Positions 14,993 to 23,945 of a stretch of DNA of 33,470 nucleotides are shown one piece after another (within the stretch, counting starts at the first letter, position 1; the number at the start of each line of letters is the position of its first letter). The notes under the pieces are model-generated. The model was not told the origin of the DNA and made no database searches. It saw nothing but the letters and a program-made list of their open reading frames with translations. The DNA lies in IMG/VR virus record IMGVR_UViG_3300011412_000014, positions 1 through 33,470 of that record, one strand, 5' to 3'. The translations under genes were made by a program, and so were the position numbers. The stretch comes from a virus. Lineage: Duplodnaviria; Caudoviricetes.

Positions 14993-15979
14993 GTGGTAGA
15001 AACTCCTCCAAATTCGGAACTGGAAGAGCGCAAACCTTCCTCTCCAATCTTGCGCCTCACCCGGAAAAAATCCGGGTGGTCTGTGTTGACAATTCCCTGG
15101 ACCGTGGTGCCCAACTATAATTATGAGGCAGCCTGCCAGGGGATGTCGCCTGAAGCGATCCGAATGGAATTGGAGATAGACTGGACAGCTTCCCGTGGCC
15201 TGAAGGTATACCCGGAGTTCAGCCGGGACAAGCACGTTGCCCTGGATAAGATCGAGGCGGATGTCGAAAGGCCGTTCTACATTGGCTGGGACTGGGCGAC
15301 TTGTCCTTCGGCTGTCATCACTCAAACGAACGCGTACGGCCAGTGGCTAATCCTGGATGCGGTCACAACAGGCGAGGATGAATCCAGAGAGGTGTATGAG
15401 TTCGGGATGCGCGTGGCGGACTTCCTGACCCAGAACTATGCGCTTCCAAACGGCATCGGGTTGGAGGATCTGCGAATGATCCATGTGGGCGACCCTGCCG
15501 GACAGGCGCGGCTGCCGAGGACGGGAGAGCGGCCGCAGGACACGCGCAGTTATTTCGAGATCATTCGCCGGGGGCTCGACGTGTTCGTGGGCGAGGATAT
15601 GCACGGTCGCCCGATCATTGAACGAAAGAAGGGGCTGGGCTGGAAGATCATCGCCGGTCAGGTGGGTATCCCGATCCGCCTGGAAAGTGTGCGCGCTCGG
15701 CTGACCACGAGCTTGAAGGACGGTGTTCCCGCACTGGTCGTGTCTCCGCAGGTGACATCAGTGATCGACGCATTTTCAGGCGGATACCATTATCACGCCT
15801 ACAACGATGGGTCGTACTCTCGCGATCCGGAGAAGAATTGGGAAGCGGACGTAATGGACGCTCTGGGCTACATCGCGACCCGCCTCTATCCTACGAGCAA
15901 GGTGCGAAAGACCGAAGAAGAGGACGAAGATTACGACCGGGGGCCGAGGGTGACCTCGGTTGCCGGCAGGCGTTACTAA
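14993..15979 (+). CDS. terL: terminase large subunit, C-terminal lid + RNase H-like nuclease part
   Basis: ELEIDW..G.KVYPEF..H, YIGWDW, GDPAG and DVMDALGY motifs. Confidence 0.8.
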   Translation: MVETPPNSELEERKPSSPILRLTRKKSGWSVLTIPWTVVPNYNYEAACQGMSPEAIRMELEIDWTASRGLKVYPEFSRDKHVALDKIEADVERPFYIGWDWATCPSAVITQTNAYGQWLILDAVTTGEDESREVYEFGMRVADFLTQNYALPNGIGLEDLRMIHVGDPAGQARLPRTGERPQDTRSYFEIIRRGLDVFVGEDMHGRPIIERKKGLGWKIIAGQVGIPIRLESVRARLTTSLKDGVPALVVSPQVTSVIDAFSGGYHYHAYNDGSYSRDPEKNWEADVMDALGYIATRLYPTSKVRKTEEEDEDYDRGPRVTSVAGRRY

Positions 15980-15992
15980 AGGAGAAATTTTG

Positions 15993-16586
15993 ATGACGAT
16001 CACGAATGACGAGGAGCTCAAGGCGGCGCAGATCACCGTGGCCGACCTGAACACGCAGATCCTGCGGCTCTCCGACCAGTCGCACGGGAGTGTGAGCCGG
16101 GAGGCGCTGGCCACCGATCGCAAGGGGGAGCTGGCAGCCATTGAAGCGGCGATCGAGGAGTACGAGCATCCGCACAAGAAGCACCCCGGCTCAAAGCACA
16201 AGGACGAAGAGAAGAAGCCGACCGCCAGGCACAAGAGCGACCACGAGAAGCGCTCCGAGGACGAGCCCCGGCTGGCCTCCACGAAGCCGGAGAAGGGCGC
16301 CCATCCGGACACGCACCCGGTAGCAAAACCGGGCATCCAGCACGGGAGAGGGGCTGACGGTGACACGGAGCCGAACCCAAACTTCCCGGGTGAAGCGATT
16401 GGCGAGCCGAGAAATCCGGGGACGCCTCGCCCGCCACTGGTGGTGACGAAGACCCAGGATGAGGACCGGCGGGCGATCCCGTCACCGATCACAACGCCTC
16501 CTCCGCCGCCTGACGCCCCGACCAGCCAGAACCCGAAAGGTAGGATCTGGACCCCCGAGTGGGAAAAGAAAGATAAAGATCCTTGA
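15993..16586 (+). CDS. hypothetical protein, coiled-coil N-terminus and Pro/Lys/His-rich tail
   Basis: AAAGGAG RBS; GC3-rich codon usage. Confidence 0.65.
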   Translation: MTITNDEELKAAQITVADLNTQILRLSDQSHGSVSREALATDRKGELAAIEAAIEEYEHPHKKHPGSKHKDEEKKPTARHKSDHEKRSEDEPRLASTKPEKGAHPDTHPVAKPGIQHGRGADGDTEPNPNFPGEAIGEPRNPGTPRPPLVVTKTQDEDRRAIPSPITTPPPPPDAPTSQNPKGRIWTPEWEKKDKDP

Positions 16587-17260
16587 TCTGGGCTGATTTT
16601 CGCCCCCTTCTTACCTCCTACCTGGTGCGGATTAGCCAGGGCGTTGCCCAAACCCCCGGTGGCATATGGCTGCCGGACGAGGCCAGGGACCGCCATTGGG
16701 AGGGGGAGATCCTGGCCGCGGGGCCGGGCATCCGCATCCCTTACGCGAAGGGCGAGCGCAGCGAGATGTGGTGCCTCGTGGGTGAGAGCGTAGTCTTCAA
16801 GCGGGAGCACCTGGAGGTGCTGGACGAGCGCGAGCGGTTGGGGATTGTCCATGACGAGGAACTACTGGCGGTAGCCTACCCGGACCGGCCTTCTCCCTGT
16901 AACGACTGGGTGATGATCCAGCCGGATGCGAAACAGGCGCGGGTGGGCCTGGTGGCGATTTCCGAGAAATACCGGGAAGCGCCCACCACCGGCCGGGTGG
17001 TGGGCGTGGGGCCGGGACGGCTTACGCTGGTTGGTTCCTTGCGCGGCACTCGCGCCACGGTGTATAAGATTGTGGGGACGGTGTTGGAAGTAGGGGACAG
17101 AGTTTACTGGGATGCGGCCACGGAAGTGGTGCAGATCGGCCGCGAAGCCGTGGAGTATTTCCTCATCAAAGCGAGTGACCTCGTAGCCTGGGAGGTGGAA
17201 TGTGCCGACCGTCAAAAAGATCAAGAACGGCAAGCTGACCGCCATGCACTTTCCTTATGA
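16583..17260 (+). CDS. groES: co-chaperonin GroES-like protein with two tandem domains
   Basis: RPL..YLVR...TPGGIWLPD..GEILAAGPG and P.NDWVMIQP..GRVVGVGPG..VGDRV..SDLVA. Confidence 0.8.
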   Translation: MIWADFRPLLTSYLVRISQGVAQTPGGIWLPDEARDRHWEGEILAAGPGIRIPYAKGERSEMWCLVGESVVFKREHLEVLDERERLGIVHDEELLAVAYPDRPSPCNDWVMIQPDAKQARVGLVAISEKYREAPTTGRVVGVGPGRLTLVGSLRGTRATVYKIVGTVLEVGDRVYWDAATEVVQIGREAVEYFLIKASDLVAWEVECADRQKDQERQADRHALSL

Positions 17261-17330
17261 CAAGGAAGGCATGAAAGATGCGGCGGCCGCGAAGAAGAAG
17301 ATGGCCGCGAAGAAGAAGAAAAAGATGTAG
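17202..17330 (+). CDS. small Lys-rich protein (42 aa), not in the ORF track
   Basis: GGAGGT RBS; MPTVKKIKNGKLTAMHFPYDKEGMKDAAAAKKKMAAKKKKKM. Confidence 0.65.
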   Translation: MPTVKKIKNGKLTAMHFPYDKEGMKDAAAAKKKMAAKKKKKM

Positions 17331-17361
17331 CGTCCGGGGCCTTTTGGCCCCGGACGTTTTT
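17331..17361 (+). terminator. Rho-independent terminator
   Basis: CGTCCGGGGCC-TTTT-GGCCCCGGACG-TTTTT. Confidence 0.85.
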
Positions 17362-17450
17362 AATCCCGCTGGTTGCTAGACGAGCCCCAGGCTTCGCCGC
17401 TGGACATCAATGTGTTTCAATCCCCAGCCACCACAGAGGGTGGCTGCAAA
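17356..17450 (-). CRISPR. CRISPR mini-array: one full repeat, one 35-bp spacer, one degenerate repeat
   Basis: 37-bp TTTGCAGCCACCCTCTGTGGTGGCTGGGGATTGAAAC (17414-17450, internal 8-bp hairpin, ATTGAAAC end); spacer 17379-17413 matches portal 17629-17663 at 30/35; remnant repeat TAGCAACCAGCGGGATTAAAAAC. Confidence 0.75.
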
Positions 17451-17508
17451 GAAGGCGCCTGCCGTTCCAGCGCTTAGTTTACCCGGTTAGGATCAAGAGA
17501 AAATCAAA

Positions 17509-19785
17509 TTGATACCACCTGAAGACCAGAGCGGATTTCCGCCCGAGATGCCGTTCATCCCGCCCGGCCCCCCGGCGATGATGCCGGGGGTGATGCCCCC
17601 GATGCCGGGGGTGGACGACGACGAGGAGGACGAGCCCCAGGCTTCGCCCCTGGATATTGACGTGCGGATGTCCCGGGACCGCCGGGAGAAGCTCGGGCGC
17701 ACCCTGGGTGATCTGGTCCGCCAGTATAAGCTGGAGACCCAGATGCGCCGGGAGGACGCGGCCGAGTGGCGGCGGGACTTTCGGGTAGCGCCCACCGGGG
17801 CGAATAACCGCTGGACTGGCTGTTCAGACCTGAACAGCAACCTCACCCACATCTTCTGCTCGTCGCATTCCACCCGTCTGAACACGCAGATCCTCCGCAC
17901 GGTCCCCCCGATCTCGGCGGTCACCAGGGATCCCGCCCTGATGGACCAGGTGGCGGATATCGACGCGGCGATGGCCTCCATCCTGGAAGAGACCAACTGG
18001 GAGGCGGAAGCCGCGAACTGCCACAACGACCTGCCGGTGGTGGGCACGGCATTCATTTGCGTGACTTATGAAAACGAGACCATCCGCCGTCCACGGGAGA
18101 TCGTGGATCACGACGAGGAAACAAGCTACGACCTGGTGCGCGCGGGTGTGGAGCCCGGCGACGCCCTGGTGTTGGGCCTTGGCACGGACGAGGAGGGCAG
18201 GCCGAAAACGAAGCTGGTCTGGGAGAACCGGACGGTAAGGTCCGGGGTCCGCATTCGGTTCATCCCCTGGGAGAATGGGCTCATCTTCCCCACCACCATC
18301 GAGCGACCCGAGGAGGCCTACTGCATCGGGGAGCGCAAGCGCATCCGGGGCAGCGACCTCTTGAAGGGAGCCCGCGAGGGGGTCTATCTCCGGGACGCCG
18401 TGGACAAACTGCTGGAGCGCCCCGGCGACCCGCTGCCGGAGGAACGGCAGGAGACGCTCTCCGACCAGGGGGTGGATAGCAGCCCGTTCAACCAGCACGA
18501 CGAGGACCACCTGTACGCGGAGTATGAGTGCTACGACCTTTGCTACCTGATGGACGCGAACGGGGACCGGGAGATGGAGTGGACGGTGGTGACGGTCCAC
18601 GAGGCCACGGACTGCATCCTCCGCCACAAGTTCCTCCCGTATGAGCATGGGATGCCGTACTACAACTTGATGCGGTATGAGGAATTGCCCGGTCAGATCT
18701 GGGGGTTTTCGATCGCGGAGAAGATTTCCACCTACCAGAAAGCCGACGCCGCGATCCAGTGCGCGCTGGCTGATCTCGCGGACCTGTCCCTGAACGTCAG
18801 CGGCAACTTCTTCTACGACACCACGAGCGGGTTAGACCCGGCGAAGATCAAGCTGCGCCTCGCGGAGCCGATCGAGGTGGACGACGTGCGGGGGATCCTG
18901 CCGTTCCCCCACCCGCAGTTCCCGAGCGATCACTATCAGCTCAGCGCTAAGCTCAAGGAGATGTGCGATTTGCTGACCGCCTCCTCCGACCCCACCATGG
19001 GCCGAACCTCCGAGGGCTCAAAAACCCTGGGCGAGATCCAGATCGTGGCCGGCGCCAATTCGATGGTTTTCGAGGAGCGCGCTTCTCAGGTTGCCCGGCA
19101 ATGGGCTCCGATTTTCGATCAGGTCAGGTTTTTAGAGGCGCAGTACGGCGGGACCGGCCCGCTGGTGCCGTACCGGATCTCCGCTGCTCCGGGGAAGTTC
19201 ATCCAGCAGGTGGACGGCACCAATGTTCCGGCGGCCATGGGTCCGATGGGGCAGCTTGTCCCCGCACCGAATGGCTCGATCCCTGGCTTCATTGACCGGG
19301 AACTGCTCAAGAGCAAGGTCGATCTGGTCCCCACCGGATTGACTCAGTTATCGGATATGCAGACCCGCATCAGCGTGGCCACGCAGGTCCAGGGAATGCT
19401 GCTTGCCAACCCGATCACCGGGCAGGACCCGAGAATTCTCGCCATGGCTCTTGATGTCGTGCTGCAAGCGGTCAGGTACCCCCGGAGAGAGGAGATGATG
19501 GCGCTGGTCCAGCAAAATGTTGACAAGCTAATCGGGATGGAGGCTGCTCAGCAGCAGGCCCAGGCGCTGATGGGCGAGGCGCTGCTTTCCGGACAGGCGC
19601 CGCCGGGAGGAGGGGGTCAAGCGCCGGGAGCGCCTGCCATTCCGGGCGCCAATGGCAGCGGCGGCCCGCCCGAGGCGCAGGGTCCACGCGGGTTCCCCCA
19701 AGGCGGCAGTAAAGGTACAGCCACGGGCGTGAACGGAACTCCGATGCCGAACCCGCCAAACGGGGGCAGAAAGCTGGCTACCTAG
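17509..19785 (+). CDS. portal protein
   Basis: 758 aa after terL; GTAFICV, WGFSIAE, MGRTS..KTLGEIQI motifs; low-complexity Q/P/G tail typical of podovirus portals. Confidence 0.8.
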   Translation: MIPPEDQSGFPPEMPFIPPGPPAMMPGVMPPMPGVDDDEEDEPQASPLDIDVRMSRDRREKLGRTLGDLVRQYKLETQMRREDAAEWRRDFRVAPTGANNRWTGCSDLNSNLTHIFCSSHSTRLNTQILRTVPPISAVTRDPALMDQVADIDAAMASILEETNWEAEAANCHNDLPVVGTAFICVTYENETIRRPREIVDHDEETSYDLVRAGVEPGDALVLGLGTDEEGRPKTKLVWENRTVRSGVRIRFIPWENGLIFPTTIERPEEAYCIGERKRIRGSDLLKGAREGVYLRDAVDKLLERPGDPLPEERQETLSDQGVDSSPFNQHDEDHLYAEYECYDLCYLMDANGDREMEWTVVTVHEATDCILRHKFLPYEHGMPYYNLMRYEELPGQIWGFSIAEKISTYQKADAAIQCALADLADLSLNVSGNFFYDTTSGLDPAKIKLRLAEPIEVDDVRGILPFPHPQFPSDHYQLSAKLKEMCDLLTASSDPTMGRTSEGSKTLGEIQIVAGANSMVFEERASQVARQWAPIFDQVRFLEAQYGGTGPLVPYRISAAPGKFIQQVDGTNVPAAMGPMGQLVPAPNGSIPGFIDRELLKSKVDLVPTGLTQLSDMQTRISVATQVQGMLLANPITGQDPRILAMALDVVLQAVRYPRREEMMALVQQNVDKLIGMEAAQQQAQALMGEALLSGQAPPGGGGQAPGAPAIPGANGSGGPPEAQGPRGFPQGGSKGTATGVNGTPMPNPPNGGRKLAT

Positions 19786-20034
19786 ATGCTGCGAGGATTG
19801 GACGAAGCGGATGTTCGCGAGGAACATGAGGGCCAGTTGCTCGATATGTTGGGATCTGTTGGCTTTCGAGAGGTGTTCCTCCCGGCGCTGATTGCCCGGC
19901 GGGACAAGACGCTCAGGATGCTGGCAACCACCCACGCGGAGTTGGATGTGATGAGACAACTGCAGGGCGAATTCAAGATCCTAAACGCGATGATCGACAA
20001 CCCCAAGGCTTTCATCCTGGGGCGGGAGAGATAG
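19786..20034 (+). CDS. hypothetical protein (small helical protein after portal)
   Basis: adjacent to portal stop; RQLQGEFKIL pattern. Confidence 0.65.
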   Translation: MLRGLDEADVREEHEGQLLDMLGSVGFREVFLPALIARRDKTLRMLATTHAELDVMRQLQGEFKILNAMIDNPKAFILGRER

Positions 20035-20379
20035 ATGCTACTACCGACAGACATGCTCACAAAGCTCTTGCTGAAGTATTTCGGGGACGCCGGCAAGGAT
20101 GCGGTCAAGAAGAAGATGACCTCATCGATCGCGAAGATCGTGGCTGGGATGACCGAGAAGGGAATGACCCTGGAGAAGGCCCAGCCGGACCTGGTTATCC
20201 GGGACGCGCTGTTTCGCCTCTGGCGGAGTGTGATCCCCTCCGGGGACATCGCGGATATGGTCAGGGATGCCCAGGAGGAGAAGATCAAGCCGAAGGTGGC
20301 GGCAAAGCTTTCGGGCGCCGCCACTCTGACGCAGGTTGTGGAGATGACCAGGGACGAGGCCATCGAGTTGGCGTTCTAG
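20035..20379 (+). CDS. hypothetical protein
   Basis: GGGAG RBS; tight packing. Confidence 0.65.
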   Translation: MLLPTDMLTKLLLKYFGDAGKDAVKKKMTSSIAKIVAGMTEKGMTLEKAQPDLVIRDALFRLWRSVIPSGDIADMVRDAQEEKIKPKVAAKLSGAATLTQVVEMTRDEAIELAF

Positions 20380-20392
20380 GGAGGGGTGCAGC

Positions 20393-21325
20393 ATGCGATG
20401 GCCCTGGAGCCCGAGTGAGAAGGAGATAGACGAAGTGGCAGACGAGCGCGTGGACGACGAACTGGATTACGAGGACGATGAGGCCGGCGAGGACGAAGAG
20501 GTTTCGCTGGACGACTTCGACGATGAGACCAGAGCGAAGGTGGAGCGGCTGCAGGCGAAGGAGCGGGAGGCGTCCGACCAGCGGGTGGCGACGATGCGCT
20601 CGATTTGGCAGGAACAGGGCCTGGATATCACCCCGGACGGCAAGGCGGTGGTGGCGGACCCGAACCGGTTCGCGGGCTGGATGGGCGGCACGGGGTCGCC
20701 CGCACCCGCAGCAGCAGCGGCGGGCGAGCCGGAGCCGGAGGAGATGCCGGACCCGTATGACGACAAGCCGGGGTATCAGGCGTGGCTAAAAGCCCAGATC
20801 CGAGCGGAAGCGAAGCGGATGCACGACGAGGATATGAAGCCGATTTTGGAGGCGCAGCAGCAGCAGCAGCAGATCTTCTACTCGAGAGAGACGGAGCGCG
20901 CGCTTCAGACGCTGCCCCAGGCGCTCCAGCAGTATAACCCAATGCTCACCCAGGTGACGGAGCACCCGGATTTCGCCGGCCAGTTCTCCCAGGCGCTTCA
21001 GGCGATCCCGCTTTCGCAGTGGCGGGAGCCGGTGAACCTGGCCCAGATCGCGGGCGTAGTAGCCACGCAGTTGGACTACTCGAAGGTGAGTAAGCAGCGT
21101 CCCCGGAGCCAGCAGACCGGTCGCTACCAGGCAGGGTTCGCGGCGGTGGCGCCGTCCAGAGGCAGCGCGGGCCGTGATGCGGAGCTCGCGGACGAGCAGG
21201 CAATTCGCGGGCTGGTGGAGCGCCACGGCGGGACAAGAGATGAGTGGGAGGCGCTCGCCCAGGACGACAGCATCGACGGCTACCGGGCCGCGAAGTCGAA
21301 GGCCCAGGCTCGAGGTAAGCGCTGA
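20393..21325 (+). CDS. putative capsid scaffolding protein
   Basis: acidic N-terminus, coiled coils, basic C-terminus; lies between portal and capsid. Confidence 0.6.
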   Translation: MRWPWSPSEKEIDEVADERVDDELDYEDDEAGEDEEVSLDDFDDETRAKVERLQAKEREASDQRVATMRSIWQEQGLDITPDGKAVVADPNRFAGWMGGTGSPAPAAAAAGEPEPEEMPDPYDDKPGYQAWLKAQIRAEAKRMHDEDMKPILEAQQQQQQIFYSRETERALQTLPQALQQYNPMLTQVTEHPDFAGQFSQALQAIPLSQWREPVNLAQIAGVVATQLDYSKVSKQRPRSQQTGRYQAGFAAVAPSRGSAGRDAELADEQAIRGLVERHGGTRDEWEALAQDDSIDGYRAAKSKAQARGKR

Positions 21326-22170
21326 TGCCCAAATGTCATTTTGTCACGGCGGCTGGAACGGACTGCAAGATCAATGCCCCGGAGGGGGAGACGGTCTGCG
21401 TCATCCACAAGAAGAAGCTGTTGGGAGAAGAGAAACCGATGAGTGAGGAAGACGCAGTGAGGGTCGCGGATACAGCAGATCCGGGTATCGCCGGCGGGAC
21501 TGTGCAGACTGACTTCCACCCGCAAGGGGTGCCGGAAGAGATCGCGAACGCGGAGGCGTATGCCCTGCGCGGCGGTCAGAAGCCGAAAGGCAGGCCGAAG
21601 AAGAAGTCCAACCTGGACGCGGAGGCGCTGGCTCACAAGACGGCGCTCGCCCAGGTAGCGGCGGACAGGAAGGCAAAACAGGACCGCCTGATGGCCAGGG
21701 GCGATATCGGTAAGACCTCGGAAGGACCGCCCCGGCAGCCGTATGGGGTGAAGGCATACCATTCGGAATACATCCACGACCCGACTGCCTGGGTAGATGA
21801 GAAGGGCAAAGACCTCCGGAAACCGGACCGGATCTACCGGCAGGTGCGGACGATGGACCATCACGACCGGCAAACCCAGGCGGCGGTGGATCTCTTCAAG
21901 CGGTATGGAGGCGAGGTCACCCTGGGCAAGGACGGCAAGCCGGCAATGGTCGGGCGGGACACAATCCTGATGGACCAGCCGCCCGAGGGCTATGTGGAGA
22001 AGGTGCGTCATCATACGGAAGAGAGTCTGCCGTCCCGGGAGGATGCCGAAGAGGGCTTGCGCGAGAGCGTGCGCGGAGTAAACCGCGCCGCTGGGAACCG
22101 GGTCCTCCAGGTAGTGGCCACCGCATCGCACGGGCGGATGGAAGCGGGCAGGGATTTCGACGACGAGTAA
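21325..22170 (+). CDS. hypothetical head-module protein
   Basis: TGATG coupling; GAGGT RBS. Confidence 0.65.
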   Translation: MPKCHFVTAAGTDCKINAPEGETVCVIHKKKLLGEEKPMSEEDAVRVADTADPGIAGGTVQTDFHPQGVPEEIANAEAYALRGGQKPKGRPKKKSNLDAEALAHKTALAQVAADRKAKQDRLMARGDIGKTSEGPPRQPYGVKAYHSEYIHDPTAWVDEKGKDLRKPDRIYRQVRTMDHHDRQTQAAVDLFKRYGGEVTLGKDGKPAMVGRDTILMDQPPEGYVEKVRHHTEESLPSREDAEEGLRESVRGVNRAAGNRVLQVVATASHGRMEAGRDFDDE

Positions 22171-22313
22171 TCAGGAAGGCTAGTCGGCTGCTTGCGCCCC
22201 AAAACTTTCTGTGTTCTACTTATCCCGAGGTGGGATTATTCCCGCCGATACAGGAGACCAGAAGGGGAGCGAATAAACCGGGTCAGGCTTCCCGATAGAA
22301 AGAGGAACCTAAA

Positions 22314-22877
22314 ATCGCAACCAAAGTTTTGCAGCAGCCGTGCTACGCCTACAGCCAGAACCAGGACGAGGCCGTCCTGATGGGCGGGATCGGGTTCGAC
22401 AACCAGTACCTGGAGGTCGCATCGCAGTCATGGACCAGGGCCGCGTTGATCCACGCGGATGCCAACGGCGCCATGGCGATCTGCACCGCCACCTCAGCGA
22501 TTGGCGGCGTGGCCGTGAACAAGGCCACCGGGGTGACCGGGACCAGGGTTCATTTCCGCCCGATCAAGCCGGCGGATGTCTACATCATGAACGTCTACCA
22601 CGCCACCGCTGCTTCAGCGATCACCGCGCTCACCCAGGTCGGAGATGCGTTTGGAATGATCGTCGTCAACGGAAGGTTTCATATCGACATCGAGGATGTC
22701 ACAATTGAAGACGGCTCGGAGGCGTCGGCCAGAGTGAAGATCATCGGCTTCCCGGACAAGCATAACGGGGAGGTCTGCACCATCGGTGACATCTACGGAC
22801 TGGCCTACGTGACGTTCCTGCCGTTCTCGATCGCATCCGATGGCGCCCCGATGATCCGGGTGCTTCAATTCGCCTAG
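22314..22877 (+). CDS. putative head decoration/capsid-associated protein; probable ATC start
   Basis: directly upstream of the major capsid gene; GAGG RBS then ATC GCA ACC AAA GTT in frame with the tracked ORF 22329..22877. Confidence 0.65.
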   Translation: MATKVLQQPCYAYSQNQDEAVLMGGIGFDNQYLEVASQSWTRAALIHADANGAMAICTATSAIGGVAVNKATGVTGTRVHFRPIKPADVYIMNVYHATAASAITALTQVGDAFGMIVVNGRFHIDIEDVTIEDGSEASARVKIIGFPDKHNGEVCTIGDIYGLAYVTFLPFSIASDGAPMIRVLQFA

Positions 22878-22906
22878 TGTAACAACGCTTCCCGGGCCTG
22901 GCTCTA

Positions 22907-22940
22907 TCCGCCAGTCCCTGATTTAGAAAGGACTGGCGGA
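22907..22940 (+). promoter_or_regulatory. 11-bp hairpin overlapping the RBS of the major capsid gene
   Basis: TCCGCCAGTCC-N12-GGACTGGCGGA ending 2 nt before the ATG. Confidence 0.55.
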
Positions 22941-22942
22941 AA

Positions 22943-23860
22943 ATGCCACTTTTTGGGACCCCTACTACGAGGGGACACATACCCTCAGAGATGGAGGTCG
23001 GGCTTCGGAAGGTGTTCTTCGACAGCTACGAGCTGTATGGGAACGAGTATCCGAAGATCTTCAACGTGGAAAGCTCAAAGAAGCGGCAGGAGACGGACAG
23101 TGTGATCTCCGGGCTTGCCACCTTCCCCGTCCGCGCGGAGGGTGGTCCGACCACGTTTGACAGCATCCAGGAAGCGTGGACGAAGGTCTACCTCCATCCG
23201 ACCTACGCCCTCGGCGTGCGGATTACCGAGGAGGCCCGTGAGGACGACCTGTACAACGTGGTCAACCGCACGGTGCAGCAGTTGGGAGTTGCCGCCGCCT
23301 ACACCCAGGAAGTGGATGCGATGGCGATGTTCAACGACCTGGCCGCCACCCTTTACACGGCGGACGGCACGAACTACACGCTGCTCTCCACCACGCAGTT
23401 CCGGGCTGACGGCGGCACCTTCCAGAACCGGCCGACGATTGCCGCGGACCTCTCTCTGGAGAGCCTGGAAGCCGCGATCATCCTCTGGAACACGGACATG
23501 AAGGATCAGCGCGGCCGCAAGATCAACGCGATGCCGAAGTATCTCCTGCATGGCCCCTCCGATATGTTCATGGCCCACCGCATCCTGAAGGCCACGAAGC
23601 GCCCGTTCACCTCGGACAATGACCCGAACTCGGTGGCCGATCTGTTCGACATCGAGCCCTTGCGCTCCAACTTCCTCACCGATGACGGCCGCTGGTTCCT
23701 CCTGGCCGACAAGTCAAAGACCGGCATGGTCTGGTTCAACCGGCGCCAGCTTCGCTTCCGGCAGGAGACGATGGTAGAGAGTGGGTCAGATCTTTTCGTG
23801 GGCAGTTATCGTTCTTCGAGCGGTGCTACTCACCCACTCGGAATTTTCGGCTCGCCTTGA
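22943..23860 (+). CDS. major capsid protein (HK97 fold, Mu gpT-like group)
   Basis: 305 aa; IFNVESS...E, EGG..FD, YALG.RIT.EA.EDDLY, PKYLL.GP, FLTD..WFL motifs. Confidence 0.85.
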   Translation: MPLFGTPTTRGHIPSEMEVGLRKVFFDSYELYGNEYPKIFNVESSKKRQETDSVISGLATFPVRAEGGPTTFDSIQEAWTKVYLHPTYALGVRITEEAREDDLYNVVNRTVQQLGVAAAYTQEVDAMAMFNDLAATLYTADGTNYTLLSTTQFRADGGTFQNRPTIAADLSLESLEAAIILWNTDMKDQRGRKINAMPKYLLHGPSDMFMAHRILKATKRPFTSDNDPNSVADLFDIEPLRSNFLTDDGRWFLLADKSKTGMVWFNRRQLRFRQETMVESGSDLFVGSYRSSSGATHPLGIFGSP

Positions 23861-23945
23861 TGTAATGTCATTGCGGGGGTTGACGTTCAGTATCAGTCCC
23901 GCGTAGAGCGGTGGCTGCCCGAATTACGGGAAAGGTGGTAACAGG

